Of a stretch of DNA of 64,000 bases, positions 30,362 through 41,518 are shown piece by piece. The DNA is from Vulcanimicrobiota bacterium (lineage in GTDB: Bacteria > Vulcanimicrobiota > Vulcanimicrobiia > Vulcanimicrobiales > Vulcanimicrobiaceae), in NCBI GenBank assembly GCA_963795855.1, contig CAWCIZ010000005.1, positions 29,434 to 93,433 on the forward strand, in the 5' to 3' direction. The translations under genes and the position numbers were made by a program. The notes under the pieces are model-generated. The model searched no databases and was not told the origin of the DNA. It saw nothing but the letters and a program-made list of their open reading frames with translations. Every line of letters starts with the position of its first letter. The first letter of the stretch is position 1.

Positions 30362-31305
30362 ATCTCGGCGTTCGTATTGGTTCGCTCGAATTACCCGTTC
30401 CGACGCTCATGGCCAGCGGTTGTTACGGATCGGGCGAGGAATTTGCGCCGTTTCTGGATCTTTCGCAGATCGGCGGCGTGGTGCTCAAAAGCGTCACGCG
30501 TTTGCCTCGGTTGGGCAATCCGACTCCGCGACTCGTTCAAACGCCCGCGGGACTGCTCAACGCGATCGGGCTGCAGAATCCCGGAATCGATTGGTATCTC
30601 GAACACGACGTCGCGAAGTTTTCGAATCGCCCTTGCAAGATCGTCGGAAGCGTGGCAGGTTTTTCGGTCGACGACTATGCGTTCGTCGCCGAGCGGCTCG
30701 CCGCGCGCAGCGAGATTCACGCGCTCGAAGTGAATATTTCGTGTCCGAACGTCGCGCATGAAGGCGAAACGTTTGCATGCGATCCGCTGCTGACGTCTCG
30801 CGTCGTTAGAGCTGTGCGAAATACAACGGATAAAACCCTCATCGTAAAACTTTCGCCAAACGTCACCGACATCGCGTCGATCGCGCGCGAAGCGCAGGGT
30901 GCAGGCGCGGACGCGCTAGCCGTCGTCAACACCGTGCGCGGCATGGCGATCGACGTGGCCACATGGAAACCGCGGCTCGGCAATGTGACGGGCGGTCTCT
31001 CCGGGCCGGCCATCCGGCCGATTGCCGTGCTCGCGGTGTACGAAGTAGCGCGCGCGGTGACGATTCCCATCGTCGGGCAGGGCGGCATCGAAACCACTGC
31101 CGACGCGCTCGAATTTTTCCTTGCCGGGGCAAGCGCGATCTGCATCGGTACTGCGAACTTCACCGATCCGCGGATTCCCGTGCGCATCGTCGAAGAGTTG
31201 CGCGCATACCTAGCGCAGCGCGGGGCCGGGTCGATTCGCGAAATCGTCGGTAAAGCCAACGTCGGCGTCGCGAATCCGTTTCAGTACGAAGGAGATGAGG
31301 GCTGA
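30355..31305 (+). CDS. pyrD: Dihydroorotate dehydrogenase catalytic subunit (type 1B)
   Basis: NAIGLQNPG, EVNISCPN, VKLSPN, GGLSGPAI. Confidence 0.93.
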   Translation: MVDLGVRIGSLELPVPTLMASGCYGSGEEFAPFLDLSQIGGVVLKSVTRLPRLGNPTPRLVQTPAGLLNAIGLQNPGIDWYLEHDVAKFSNRPCKIVGSVAGFSVDDYAFVAERLAARSEIHALEVNISCPNVAHEGETFACDPLLTSRVVRAVRNTTDKTLIVKLSPNVTDIASIAREAQGAGADALAVVNTVRGMAIDVATWKPRLGNVTGGLSGPAIRPIAVLAVYEVARAVTIPIVGQGGIETTADALEFFLAGASAICIGTANFTDPRIPVRIVEELRAYLAQRGAGSIREIVGKANVGVANPFQYEGDEG

Positions 31306-32039
31306 TGTCTTCGCTGGTCGTTGCGCTCGACGTGCCCGATGCGGATGAGGCGGAGCGGCTCATCGACGCGCTGTACGAACTGGACCCGATCTTCAAAGTC
31401 GGCATGGAACCGCTCTACGGATACGGCGAGCGCATCTTTTCATACATGCAAGCGCGCGACGTGCGTCACTTCATCGACGCGAAACTTCACGACATACCCC
31501 GAACGGTCGCCGCGGCGGTCAAACAGCTGGTTCGCCACGGCACGCATATCGTCAACGTGCACGCGCTCGGCGGCGCGGAAATGATGCGTGCCGCCGTCCA
31601 GGCATCGAACGAGCGCGCCGACGAACTCGGCGCCGCCCGTCCGCACGTATTCGCCGTAACGGTGCTCACAAGCATGAGTGAAAGCGATCTTCTCGATGTC
31701 GGACTCGGCGGAGATCCGCTCGAAAACGCGATGCGGCTTGCACGTTTGGCCAAAGATTCCGGTTGCTCCGGCGTCGTGTGCAGCGCGCACGAGACGCGCG
31801 AATTGAAAGGCGCGCTGGGGCACGATTTTCTCACCCTCACTCCAGGCATTCGGCCCGCGGGCAGCGCGCACGGCGATCAAAAGCGCGTGACGACGCCCGC
31901 GGATGCGGTTCGCGCGGGCGCCGATTATCTCGTCGTCGGACGCCCGATTACCGGAGCACGCGATCCGTTTGCCGCGGCGAAAGCGATTCTGGACGAGATG
32001 CGATCCGTTGCCGTCACGGCATCGAAGGGGCAAGCATGA
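31305..32039 (+). CDS. pyrF: Orotidine-5'-phosphate decarboxylase
   Basis: VALD, DAKLHDIPRT, TPGIR, VVGRPI. Confidence 0.93.
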   Translation: MSSLVVALDVPDADEAERLIDALYELDPIFKVGMEPLYGYGERIFSYMQARDVRHFIDAKLHDIPRTVAAAVKQLVRHGTHIVNVHALGGAEMMRAAVQASNERADELGAARPHVFAVTVLTSMSESDLLDVGLGGDPLENAMRLARLAKDSGCSGVVCSAHETRELKGALGHDFLTLTPGIRPAGSAHGDQKRVTTPADAVRAGADYLVVGRPITGARDPFAAAKAILDEMRSVAVTASKGQA

Positions 32040-32615
32040 ACCTGGAGCAAGAACTCAAGGATCGAGGCGCGCTGCTCGACGGACACTTCCGCCTCAGTTC
32101 CGGACGTCACAGCGATCGCTTCATTCAGAAATTTCGCATTCTCGAAGATCCCGCGATGGTCGAACCGATTGCGCGCGAAATTGCGGACGCATTCCGCGAC
32201 CAGCACCCCACGATTGTCGTCAGCGCCGCCGTAGGCGGCATCATCCTCGGCTATGAAGTCGCGCGAGCGCTCGGCACCAAAGCGGTGTTCGTCGAGAAAG
32301 TGGACGGCGTTGCATCGCTGCGCCGCAATTTCCGTATCGAAGCGGCGGATCGCGTGGTGGTCGTTGAAGACGTCGTAACGACGGGCGGTTCGGTGAAAGA
32401 AGTGCTCGACGTCGTCGGCAAAACCGGGGCGCGCGTGCTTGGGGTCGGCGTCATCGTCCGGCGCGGCCACGCCGACTTCGGCGTGCGTACCCATGCGCTG
32501 CTCGACATGCCGATCGTATCCTACGATCCCGCGGAATGTCCGCAGTGCGCGGCTTCCGAACCGATCACCGACCCCGGTTCGCGGCGCGCCTCCGCCGCTC
32601 ACGCGCGCGAGCTGA
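32036..32615 (+). CDS. pyrE: Orotate phosphoribosyltransferase (stop probably lost to an indel)
   Basis: GHFRLSSGRHS, VVEDVVTTGGS, C-terminal CPQC...PGSR. Confidence 0.88.
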
Positions 32616-33707
32616 TGAGCCGGCCGGCGGTTCGCAAGCTCGCGCCGTACGTGCCGGGCAAAACGATCGAGGAAGTGCGGCGCGATTTGGGCCTGCACCG
32701 GATCATCAAACTCGCGTCAAATGAAAATCCGCTCGGCAGTTCGCCGAAAGCCATGGCCGCGCTGCGTTTTATCGACCGGCTGCATCTGTATCTCGAGGAC
32801 ACGTATCCGGAACTGAAGGAGAAGATCGCGGCGCCGTATGCTCTGCACGCCGAGAACGTCGTGTTGGGCCACGGGAGCAACGAACTGGTGAACATCGTGT
32901 GCGAAACGCTGCTCGAAAGCGGCGACGAAGCGATTATCGCGGCGCCCACGTTTTCGCTTTACAAATTGGCGACGGCATTGACGGGCGCGGCGGCGATCGA
33001 AGTGCCGTTGCGCGAGGGCGAGCACGATTTGAACGCCATGCTCGAGGCGATCACGCCTCGCACGAAGTCTGATGTTCGTGTGCGATCCCAACAATCCGAC
33101 CGGCACGGCGATTGCCCGCGAAGCGTGGCGCGGGTTCGTGGCCGCGATTCCGCCGCACGTGACGCTGCTCGTCGACCAAGCCTATCGCGAATACATGGGC
33201 GCGGAGACGCTCGACGCCATCGATCTCGTGCGCGAGCGCCCGAACACGATCGTGTTGCGCACGATGTCGAAGATCTACGGCCTAGCGTCGCTGCGATTCG
33301 GGTACGGTTTCGCCGACGCCGAAACGATCGGCTGGCTCGACCGCGTGCGGCTGCCGTTCAACATCTCGCGGCCCGCCGCGCTGGGAGCCGCTGGGGCTCT
33401 CGACGACGAAGAATTCGTCGCGATGAGCATAGCGGCAAATACTGCGGGCAAGGCTTTCGTCTACAAGCACTTCGAACGCTTGGGGTTACACGCGTATCCG
33501 ACCAACGCGAACTTTTATGCCGTCGCAGTGCCCGCTGCCGCACATACGGCCTACATGGACTTGCTGCACCGGGGAATCATCGTGCGGTCGGGCGATGCGC
33601 TCGGCATGCCGGGCCGCTTACGCATCACGATCGGTGCGCCGGAAGAAAACGCCGCGCTAATCGAAGCGTTCCAGGAATTGCTGCCGCAATGGCGAGCGGC
33701 GGCATAG
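32615..33707 (+). CDS. hisC: Histidinol-phosphate aminotransferase (frameshift ~33070)
   Basis: YVPGK, KLASNENPLG, PNNPTG, RTMSKIYGLASLRFGY. Confidence 0.88.
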
Positions 33708-34165
33708 AACTCCTCATACGCGAAGGCCGCGCGGACGACCGGCCTTTCGTGACCGAGCTCGGCAAGAGTACGATGACCGATTCGGTCGCGCCGTTCCGTC
33801 ACGTCAATCACTCCTTGCTAGAAGCGAGCTACGAGGGCTTGCTGGACTTCGTGTTCGGGCAATCGCACGTGCTCATTCTCGCGGAAAGCGGTGGCCGGCG
33901 CGCGGGTTTCGTCCTCATGCTGGATGCGATGCCCGATGAAGTGACGCGGATGCCGCAGGGCTTCGTGGCGTACATGGCCGTGGAACCTTCGATGCGCGGA
34001 CGAGGTATAGGGAGTCGATTGCTGGCTGCCGCCGAAGAAGAATCTCGCCGGCGAGGATTGCCGTATATGGGATTGATGGTCACCGAGCACAACGCCGCCG
34101 CCCGGGCGCTCTACGAACGCGCCGGGTATCTCACGGAGCGGCGCCTGCTATGCAAACCGCTTTAG
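33689..34165 (+). CDS. GNAT acetyltransferase
   Basis: AVEPSMRGRGIGSRLL, N.AARALYERAG. Confidence 0.85.
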   Translation: MASGGIELLIREGRADDRPFVTELGKSTMTDSVAPFRHVNHSLLEASYEGLLDFVFGQSHVLILAESGGRRAGFVLMLDAMPDEVTRMPQGFVAYMAVEPSMRGRGIGSRLLAAAEEESRRRGLPYMGLMVTEHNAAARALYERAGYLTERRLLCKPL

Positions 34166-35310
34166 ATTTCGGCAGCCGCCGCCGCGTCTGGATGACGGTC
34201 GCGGTGGTCGTCCTCGCGCTGCTCGCCTTGTGGTTCGCAACGCGCATCCCAAAGACGATGGCCGTCTTCGTCATCGCGGCGTTCATCGCGTCCGCGGTTC
34301 ATCCGATCGTGGACTGGTTCGAAAGACGGCGCGTGCCGCGCATCTGGTCCATCGCGATCGTCTATACCGTCTTGATCGTCCTGACGATCGTGCTGCTGGT
34401 GATCATCGTTCCGATGACGATCGACCAGGTGCAAATCTTGGTGCAGAACGCCCCGGGATATCTCAACACGGCGCAAACCTCGCTGCAAGGCATGCAGTCC
34501 GCGCTGCGCTCGCATTTCCCTGCAGCGAACATTCCGCCGAAACTGCTCAACGTGCAGCAACTCGGCGCGCAGCGCATCACCGAGTTGCTCACCGTCACCG
34601 TCACTTCGCTCGGTGCATTCGCGATCAATATCGCGACGGGACTGTTCATCGCATTCTCGGCGCTCATTCTCTCGTTTTTCTTCCTGCTCAACCCGCAGCG
34701 GCTCGCCGACGGCTTTGCCGGGCTCTTTCCGCCCAGTAAACGCGCAACCGCGCGCAAACTTTCGGCCGAGGCCGTGGGCGTTTTCGGCGGTTACATCGCC
34801 GGTCAGGTGATCGTCAGCGGCATAACGGGTGCGCTGATCGCTGCGATTACCGCTTTGCTTGGCTTCAAGTTCGCGCTGCTCATTGGAATCGTGAGCGCGA
34901 TTGGCTACTCGATCCCGATTATCGGCATGCTGGGTGCGCAGGTCGTCGCGCTCGCATTAGCGGCGCCGCAAGGTGCCTTCGTCGTGATCTTCGTGCAGGT
35001 CGTCATGTTCGCGGTGGCGCGCGTCAGCGATAACGTGCTCGTGCCGAAAATCATGGGCGGAACGGTCGGCGTTTCGCCGATTACCGTTATGTTCGCCGTG
35101 TTCGCCGGCGGCGAACTCTTCGGGTTGGCGGGACTCATTCTGGGAATCCCCGCGGCCGCTATCGCGAAGCTCGTGTGGAAATACTTTCTCGGTCCGTGGC
35201 TGCACGGTCAGATCGATGCGGTCGACGAAGCGCATTCCGAACCGCTGACGATAATGCAAAACCCGATCGTCGAATCGATCGTAGTCAGCGAACCGGCGCC
35301 GGCCCCATGA
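34150..35310 (+). CDS. AI-2E (PerM) family transporter
   Basis: Multiple TM helices, GYIAGQ, NVLVPKIMG, G.LFGLAGLILGIP. Confidence 0.88.
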   Translation: MQTALDFGSRRRVWMTVAVVVLALLALWFATRIPKTMAVFVIAAFIASAVHPIVDWFERRRVPRIWSIAIVYTVLIVLTIVLLVIIVPMTIDQVQILVQNAPGYLNTAQTSLQGMQSALRSHFPAANIPPKLLNVQQLGAQRITELLTVTVTSLGAFAINIATGLFIAFSALILSFFFLLNPQRLADGFAGLFPPSKRATARKLSAEAVGVFGGYIAGQVIVSGITGALIAAITALLGFKFALLIGIVSAIGYSIPIIGMLGAQVVALALAAPQGAFVVIFVQVVMFAVARVSDNVLVPKIMGGTVGVSPITVMFAVFAGGELFGLAGLILGIPAAAIAKLVWKYFLGPWLHGQIDAVDEAHSEPLTIMQNPIVESIVVSEPAPAP

Positions 35311-37154
35311 CGGCGGTAACGACGTTGCCGGCACCGTTGTGTTCCACGCGCAGATCTTGCGCCATCGACCGCACGATGAAAAGTCCGCGCCCGCTTTCGG
35401 CGAGCAAATCTGCGGCGTTGCCGTTTCCACCGGCATAAGCAAAGGGCTCACCGCGGTCGCTCACGCGCAGCAGCAAACACGAGTCTTCCGGCTCGAGCGA
35501 GACTTCGGCAATGCCCGGGCTGTGCCGCGCGACGTTGCCGATGAGCTCGCCCAGGACCAGTTCGATGGAAGCGAGCTGCGTTTCGTCGCGGATCGCGTCG
35601 CCTAAATGCCAAAGGATGGCGCGTTTGGCGCGATGCGCGGAGGTTGCGTCGCGAGCGTCGAGCGTCCAACTGCGCTGGACGCGTTCGGCCGCGGCGACGC
35701 CCAAACTCGTAATGCCGATGAAGAGCAGCGCGGCATCGTCGTCCGCGCGCCGGCCGCGAAACACGCGCTGCTGAATCGCTTCCGCGATATTTTGAGCCGC
35801 GCTGGTGAATTCTTCAGCCGCGGCGGCGCGAAGCTCCTCGATGCCCTGCGCGTAATCGCGCGTGATCTCTACGAGGCCGTCCGTGTACAGCAGCAGCGCC
35901 CAGCCTTCGTGTAGTTGCGCGCGGTACGTGCGATAAGCGCTGTTCGAGTCGGCGCCGAGCACGAGATCGGAACCGCGAAGCAGATCCGCTTCGCCGTCCG
36001 GGCGAATGACGATCGGCTTGGGATGGCCGGCGATCGCGTAGCGCAGCGTCCCGTCGTCCACGTCGAGTATTGCGACCAGAGCCGTCACGATCGTCTCCGG
36101 TTCGTCGGCGGTGATCACGCGATTCAACTGCTCCATGATTCGACCTGGATCGTCTTGCATGCGAGCAGCCGCGCGAACCGCAAGGCGTGCAGCGGCCATG
36201 ACTGCCGCGGCGCGAAGGCCGTGACCCGCAACGTCGCCGATGCTGATGCAAATATGGCGGTCGGAAATCGTGAACGCGTCGTACCAGTCGCCGCCGACTT
36301 CCGTTTCTTGGGCGGCAGGCACGTACGCCGTATCGATCCGGATTCCGTCGAAGGCTGGGAGCCGCTGCGGCAAAAGCATGCTTTGCAGCCGTGAGTTCAG
36401 ACGTTGCTGGCGCGATATCTCTTGCATCATCGCTTGATAGACGACGTCGAGATCGGCGAACTCGTCATCGCCGAGAAGCGGAGTTGCCGGCTCTCCATGC
36501 GCGAGCCGCCGCGCGTTTTCAGCCAAATAACCCAAGCGCCGAGCGATGGCCATGCCGAAGCGGCCCGAGACCAGCAGCGTGAGCGCGATGCCGAGGATGC
36601 ACGCCGCGATAAGCGCGAGTTCGTAGCGCCTACTGCGATCGCGCAGTGCGGTCAAACCCGACAGTTCGTTTTGGCGCGCGCCGCTCACCAGGGCAGCGTA
36701 TGCCGAAACGATATTCGCGGAAAGTACTCGCATCGTCGGACCGTTCGCGAGTGCTTGCGCGCCGGTGACGTTTCCGGCTCGCCGCAGCGCGGCGTACTGC
36801 TCGAGGAAGTCCATACCGGCGTTCAGGTCCGCTTGCAGCGTTCGCACGCGTTGGGGCATGCCGCCGTCCTGCGCCACCAGTCTGTTCGAGCGCAGTAAGT
36901 TCGCGCTTCAGACGCAGGCGTATTTGCGGAAGGGAGCCCCCCGGTACGCGCGCTACCACGGCGCTGCGGTTCGCCTCGTCCAGCACGTTTTGCGTCCGGT
37001 CAAGGCGACCCAGTACCAGTTGCGCGTGCTGTTCGAGGCTGGCGCCGACTTGCGTCTCGTGCTCGATCAGCAGACCGAACGCGAGTAGGACGATGAGGAA
37101 TGCCAGCGGCAGCGCACCGACCAAATACGCCTGCGTCCGGATCCTGACATGCAT
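35285..37154 (-). CDS. Membrane SpoIIE/PP2C phosphatase with C-terminal HATPase (anti-sigma-like) domain (frameshift ~36880)
   Basis: VGGDWYD, GDVAGHG, YTDGL, DDAA, ELIGNVARH, ESGRGL. Confidence 0.85.
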
Positions 37155-37167
37155 CGCATGGAGTGTT

Positions 37168-39252
37168 TTACGTTCCTTTGTCGGCTCCCGCGTATTCGAT
37201 CAGTTTTATGACGAAGCGCGGCGCGGTCTGCAGCGCGTTCGCATCGCCATAGACGACATACAGCTCGTTGTGCGCGAAACGCACGTGGTAGGCGAAGGAC
37301 AGATTCCACGCATTTACGGCTGGATTCGGTCCGGCGTTTTCCAGCACGGGCGAGGCGCCCATGATGCGCCGCACGCCGACGCCGATCGACGAATTCGCGC
37401 CGTTCTCATACGTGTACGTCGCCTTTTCGAGCCATGACGTGTAGACCGTTCCGCCGTCGAGCCATTGACGATTGTCGTCAGCTTCGAGAGAAAGGTAGCC
37501 TCGCGGCCCGGCTTTGAGCGTCGTGCTGCGCGCCCACGAATCCAATTTCCCGGGCCCGAAGCGCCCGGTGTACCAGGAAACCGTCGTCACGGTCGGCGTG
37601 TGGTAGTGGAACGAGAGATCGATGTCGTTCTGCGTGATCGGCGTAAATAGCCCATCGTTCAAACGCAGAAATGACGAACCGGTCTGCGCGCGAATGTGCC
37701 ACTGCTTCAAGAAATCGGCGCCGACCGCGAAATACTGGTCGCTTTGGTTCAAGCCCGCGCTCGCGCCGTGATAGCGATCGAGATTCGCCGCGACGATGAA
37801 GCGCGGAATGAATGCCGTCGATTTGTAATACCACGTGTATCCGCCGTTGACGTCATACCCGGCGATGCCGGGATGCTGCGTGAAGCCGTCGACGGGATTG
37901 TATTGCGCACCGATTTGTCGCGTCGCGAAATACAAGCCGCCGTTCGGCGCGTACCACCCGAGGCCGGCTTCTTTCCGAGTCGCCTGCGAGGAATCCGTTA
38001 CCAGCGTGCCGCTTTCATTTCCGTAGCCGAGGTATTCGAACAATCCTTTCAAACTATCGTGAGAAAGATTGTAGTAGTTGACGTCGTCCAGCAGACCCGG
38101 CAAACTCACGCCGACGCGCTGCGCGCTGAACGACGTCTTGGTGTCGGCGGAGTGCAGAGCCACGGTTTCGGCGTTGTCCCGGCGTCCATCGACGCCGGCG
38201 GCATCGAAAGCGGCGAAACTCGCAGGGCCTTGTTTCCCCTCGATCGCATACGCGTCGCGCGGGGTCGGTATCGCCGGCGTGTAGAGTTCTTGCCCCATGC
38301 AGCCGACGCACGTGCCGATGTTGTAGAAGTTCTGGAGTTGCGTGAAAAATGGCCGAACCTCTTGGTAAAAGCGCTGGTACGCCGTCGGCTGGATCGTCTG
38401 CTGATCGAGTTCCACGTTCGAGTAATCGGGATGCAGCGCGGCGACGAACGACGTGCCGGTCGTGATCGGCAAAGAAATGTCGGCGCCGATGCGCGACGTC
38501 GAACCGCCGATGCTGCGCGATGCCAGTTCGCCGAGTTCGTATAAGCCGATCCGAGGTTTCGGACGAAGCGCCGGCTGCGCCGGCACGCCCGCCAAAAAAC
38601 CGCTGTACACCGACATCGCCTCCATCCCGCTGCCTTGCACGGGCGCATGCTGCCACACGTCGTCGTCTTGCGTAGCGGCGATGTAGCGAGCGAATTGCAA
38701 TCCCCACGCACCGCCGCTTGCACCCTTCATCGCCGTCAGCGGGATGCGCATGGTAACGGTATATCCTCCGGGGTGAATGCTTCCGGCGGACTGCCACGCG
38801 GGCGCGTACGCGGTGTTCTCGCTGGACGTTGCCAGGTGCGTGCCGTTGGGATTCGCTTGAAACTCGTACGCGAAGCCGTTCGACCCGTTCGGCCAAAAGT
38901 ACACGGCCACGTAGTCGTTGTCGGTGAGGCTCGTGTCGTTGGTGTGCTGTCCGGCTTCGATCCGCTGCCGCTGCTGCGCGTCGAACGCAACGTAAAGAAA
39001 ATGCCCGTCGGTCATGATGTATGCCGTTGTGCTTTGCGTCGCCGGCTGCGCGTCTCGCAGATTCCAGCCAAGATCGACCTTCGCGGCGGTGCTCTTCCAG
39101 ACGGGGTCGCGCAGCGTTCCGTCAATCGCCGGCGGAGCCGTTACGGCCGGCAACGCCACACGCGTGCCGACGTACGTCGTGCTCGACGCCGCAGCCGGCA
39201 CGGCGACGGTTGAAGTTTGCGCGAGCAGCACAGCGGCCAGCAACGCGAGCAT
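37168..39252 (-). CDS. CBM9/DOMON-like domain plus DUF5916-type outer-membrane protein
   Basis: Signal peptide, PPAIDG.L.DPVW, HPDYSNVE.D, EVRPFF. Confidence 0.65.
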   Translation of the reverse strand: MLALLAAVLLAQTSTVAVPAAASSTTYVGTRVALPAVTAPPAIDGTLRDPVWKSTAAKVDLGWNLRDAQPATQSTTAYIMTDGHFLYVAFDAQQRQRIEAGQHTNDTSLTDNDYVAVYFWPNGSNGFAYEFQANPNGTHLATSSENTAYAPAWQSAGSIHPGGYTVTMRIPLTAMKGASGGAWGLQFARYIAATQDDDVWQHAPVQGSGMEAMSVYSGFLAGVPAQPALRPKPRIGLYELGELASRSIGGSTSRIGADISLPITTGTSFVAALHPDYSNVELDQQTIQPTAYQRFYQEVRPFFTQLQNFYNIGTCVGCMGQELYTPAIPTPRDAYAIEGKQGPASFAAFDAAGVDGRRDNAETVALHSADTKTSFSAQRVGVSLPGLLDDVNYYNLSHDSLKGLFEYLGYGNESGTLVTDSSQATRKEAGLGWYAPNGGLYFATRQIGAQYNPVDGFTQHPGIAGYDVNGGYTWYYKSTAFIPRFIVAANLDRYHGASAGLNQSDQYFAVGADFLKQWHIRAQTGSSFLRLNDGLFTPITQNDIDLSFHYHTPTVTTVSWYTGRFGPGKLDSWARSTTLKAGPRGYLSLEADDNRQWLDGGTVYTSWLEKATYTYENGANSSIGVGVRRIMGASPVLENAGPNPAVNAWNLSFAYHVRFAHNELYVVYGDANALQTAPRFVIKLIEYAGADKGT

Positions 39253-39340
39253 CAGAATCCCCCTTGGAAGCGGAGTCTACTAATTCGTTAATAGTAACGG
39301 ATGCGCGGCGATTTGTAAACTAAATTCATAGTTTCCGGCG

Positions 39341-41029
39341 TTACATGGAGTCCGGCGCGCTTACACCGATCAGGTCCAAGACGCGTGCCAGAACGGTCTT
39401 CGTCGCGAGGCAAAGTGCGAGGCGGGCTAACCGCTCCTCGCGGCTCGCCGCCAGAATGCGACACTCGTGATAGAACTGGTGAAAGTCCGACGCGATGTCT
39501 CTGGCATAGCGTGTCAGGCGATGAGGGGCGAGCTGTTCGGCGACATTGCGCGCGACGGCGGGCAACTCGGCCAACCGCCGTACCAGCGCGAGTTCGGCCG
39601 GATGCACAAGCGCCGCCGGCCACGGATTCGCGCGCGCCTCTTCGATATCGGCCGGTTCGGCATTGTTGAAAACGGACGAGATGCGCGCGTGTCCGTACTG
39701 CACGTAGTACACCGGGTTTTCGTTGCTCTGCTCTTTGGCGAGTTCGAGGTCGAACGTCAGCGGCGACTCCGGCGAGAGCATGACGAAGAAGAAGCGGGCC
39801 GCGTCGACGCCGACTTCGTCGATGATGTCGTCGAGCGTGACGATTTGCCCGGCGCGTTTGCTCATGCTCACTTGCGCGTTGCCGCGCATCAGCGTGATCT
39901 GCTGCGCGATCAGCACGTCCAGCGAGTCGCGATCGAAACCGAGCGCCTCGGCCAAACCCTTCAGCCGTCCGATGTATCCGTGGTGATCCGGTCCGAGAAC
40001 GTCGATGACGCGGTCGGCGCGGCGCAACTTCTCGTAGTGATACGCGACGTCGTTCGCGAAGTACGTGGGACGCCCGTCGCTGCGAACCAGAACGCGATCT
40101 TTATCGTCGCCGAATTCCGTCGCGCGGAAGAACACGGCGCCGTCCTGTTCGAACGTGTGACCGGCGCTTTGCAACCGCTCGAGACCGGCTTTGATGCGTC
40201 CCGTGTCGTGCAGCTCTTTTTCGCTCTGCCAGAGATCGTAATGCACGCCGAAACGCGCCACCGTGCGCATCTGCTCCGCCACGAGCGTGTCGCGTCCGAA
40301 CTTCGAGAAATGCGGCAGCCATTCGGATTCGTCCGCATGAACCCACCGCTCGCCCTCGCGATCTGCGATGTGCTGCGCGATCGGCTCCAAATACCGGCCC
40401 GGATAGCCTTCTTCGGGGAACGCGAACTGCGGATCGTAGATTTGCCGGTAGCGTGCGTAGAGCGAACGCCCGAGCGTATCGAGTTGACCGCCCGCGTCGT
40501 TGATGATCCACTCGATGAAGACGTCGTACCCGCAATACCGCATCGTGTTGGCGAGTGTCGCGCCGATGCTGCACGTGCGTCCTTGCACGACCACGAGCGG
40601 TCCGGTTGGATTCGCGCTGCCGAACTCCAGCGAAATCCGCTGCGTTTGTTTGGGGCCTTGCCCGAACGCCCAACCGTCGCGCAGAATCCGCGCTACGACT
40701 GCTTGCCACACCGCCGGCGTCAGCCGCAAATTGATGAACCCGGCAGTCGGCGTAATATCGCTGAACAGGTCGCGCAACCGCGGTTCGCGTTCGGCAACGG
40801 CAGACGCGAGCGCGGTTGCGATATCTTGCGGAGAACGTTTGGCAGCGCGCGTCAGCGCAAACGCGGCATTGGTCGAAAAATCACCGAACTCGGGACGGCG
40901 CGGCGCCTCGAACGCTACCTCGGCGCTCGGAGCTTCGGCGTAGAGCGCCGCGATGGCGTCCTTGAGCGCTGCAGCAAAAGTCGCAAGCGCTTCTTCGGGC
41001 AACACCGGCTCAGTGGTGGTAGGGCTCAT
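39341..41029 (-). CDS. argS: Arginine--tRNA ligase
   Basis: FGDFSTN, GFINL, SANPTGPL, GPDHHGY, MSKRAG, NPVYYVQYGHAR, C-terminal PDSM. Confidence 0.95.
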   Translation of the reverse strand: MSPTTTEPVLPEEALATFAAALKDAIAALYAEAPSAEVAFEAPRRPEFGDFSTNAAFALTRAAKRSPQDIATALASAVAEREPRLRDLFSDITPTAGFINLRLTPAVWQAVVARILRDGWAFGQGPKQTQRISLEFGSANPTGPLVVVQGRTCSIGATLANTMRYCGYDVFIEWIINDAGGQLDTLGRSLYARYRQIYDPQFAFPEEGYPGRYLEPIAQHIADREGERWVHADESEWLPHFSKFGRDTLVAEQMRTVARFGVHYDLWQSEKELHDTGRIKAGLERLQSAGHTFEQDGAVFFRATEFGDDKDRVLVRSDGRPTYFANDVAYHYEKLRRADRVIDVLGPDHHGYIGRLKGLAEALGFDRDSLDVLIAQQITLMRGNAQVSMSKRAGQIVTLDDIIDEVGVDAARFFFVMLSPESPLTFDLELAKEQSNENPVYYVQYGHARISSVFNNAEPADIEEARANPWPAALVHPAELALVRRLAELPAVARNVAEQLAPHRLTRYARDIASDFHQFYHECRILAASREERLARLALCLATKTVLARVLDLIGVSAPDSM

Positions 41030-41471
41030 TTCGCGCAATCTTCGCCGCCCGGTAGAGCTGTTCCAGCACGATCATCCGCGCCCACTCGTGCAGCAGCGTG
41101 AGCGATGAAAGTGACCAGACGAACTGCGCGCGATCGCGCAGGGAGGCGTCGGCTCCGTAGGTCCCGCCGATCACGAGCGTCATACGCCGCGTTCCCGCGT
41201 TCGCGACGCCGGTCAGCTCGCGGCTCAGCTGCTCGCTGGAAAGTTCCGCACCGGTGCGCTCGAGAAGCCAGACGACGTCGTCGTCATGCAGCTGTCGCAC
41301 GATACGTTCCGCTTCCTCGCGAACCGCATGCGCCGGCCGCGTGCCGTCGGAAGCCTTGACCTCGAGCACCTCGACGGGGTAATAGGGCGCCAGGCGTTTC
41401 GCAAATTCGGCGCACGCCTGCACGGCATAGCGAGCCTTCAATTTGCCGACGGCGACGATGCGGATCTGCAC
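41010..41471 (-). CDS. rlmH: 23S rRNA pseudouridine-1915 N3-methyltransferase
   Basis: IVAVGKLK, IGGTYG, LEQLYRA..I...PYHH. Confidence 0.92.
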   Translation of the reverse strand: MQIRIVAVGKLKARYAVQACAEFAKRLAPYYPVEVLEVKASDGTRPAHAVREEAERIVRQLHDDDVVWLLERTGAELSSEQLSRELTGVANAGTRRMTLVIGGTYGADASLRDRAQFVWSLSSLTLLHEWARMIVLEQLYRAAKIARNEPYHH

Positions 41472-41518
41472 GCCGCTGGTTTCGCAACGCGCCGGCGCGT
41501 ATCCGTGTCTTTGAGGAC

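Noticed and set aside
31763..34165. 800-aa PyrE-HisC-GNAT fusion ORF
   Set aside because: A TGATG stop/start overlap at 32613-32617 suggests pyrE ends there after a one-base indel; the HisC-GNAT link is produced by the 33070 frameshift.
39467..41101. Long antisense ORFs (here and at 10655-12016, 18849-20075 and elsewhere)
   Set aside because: Shadow ORFs expected from high-GC codon bias opposite real genes.
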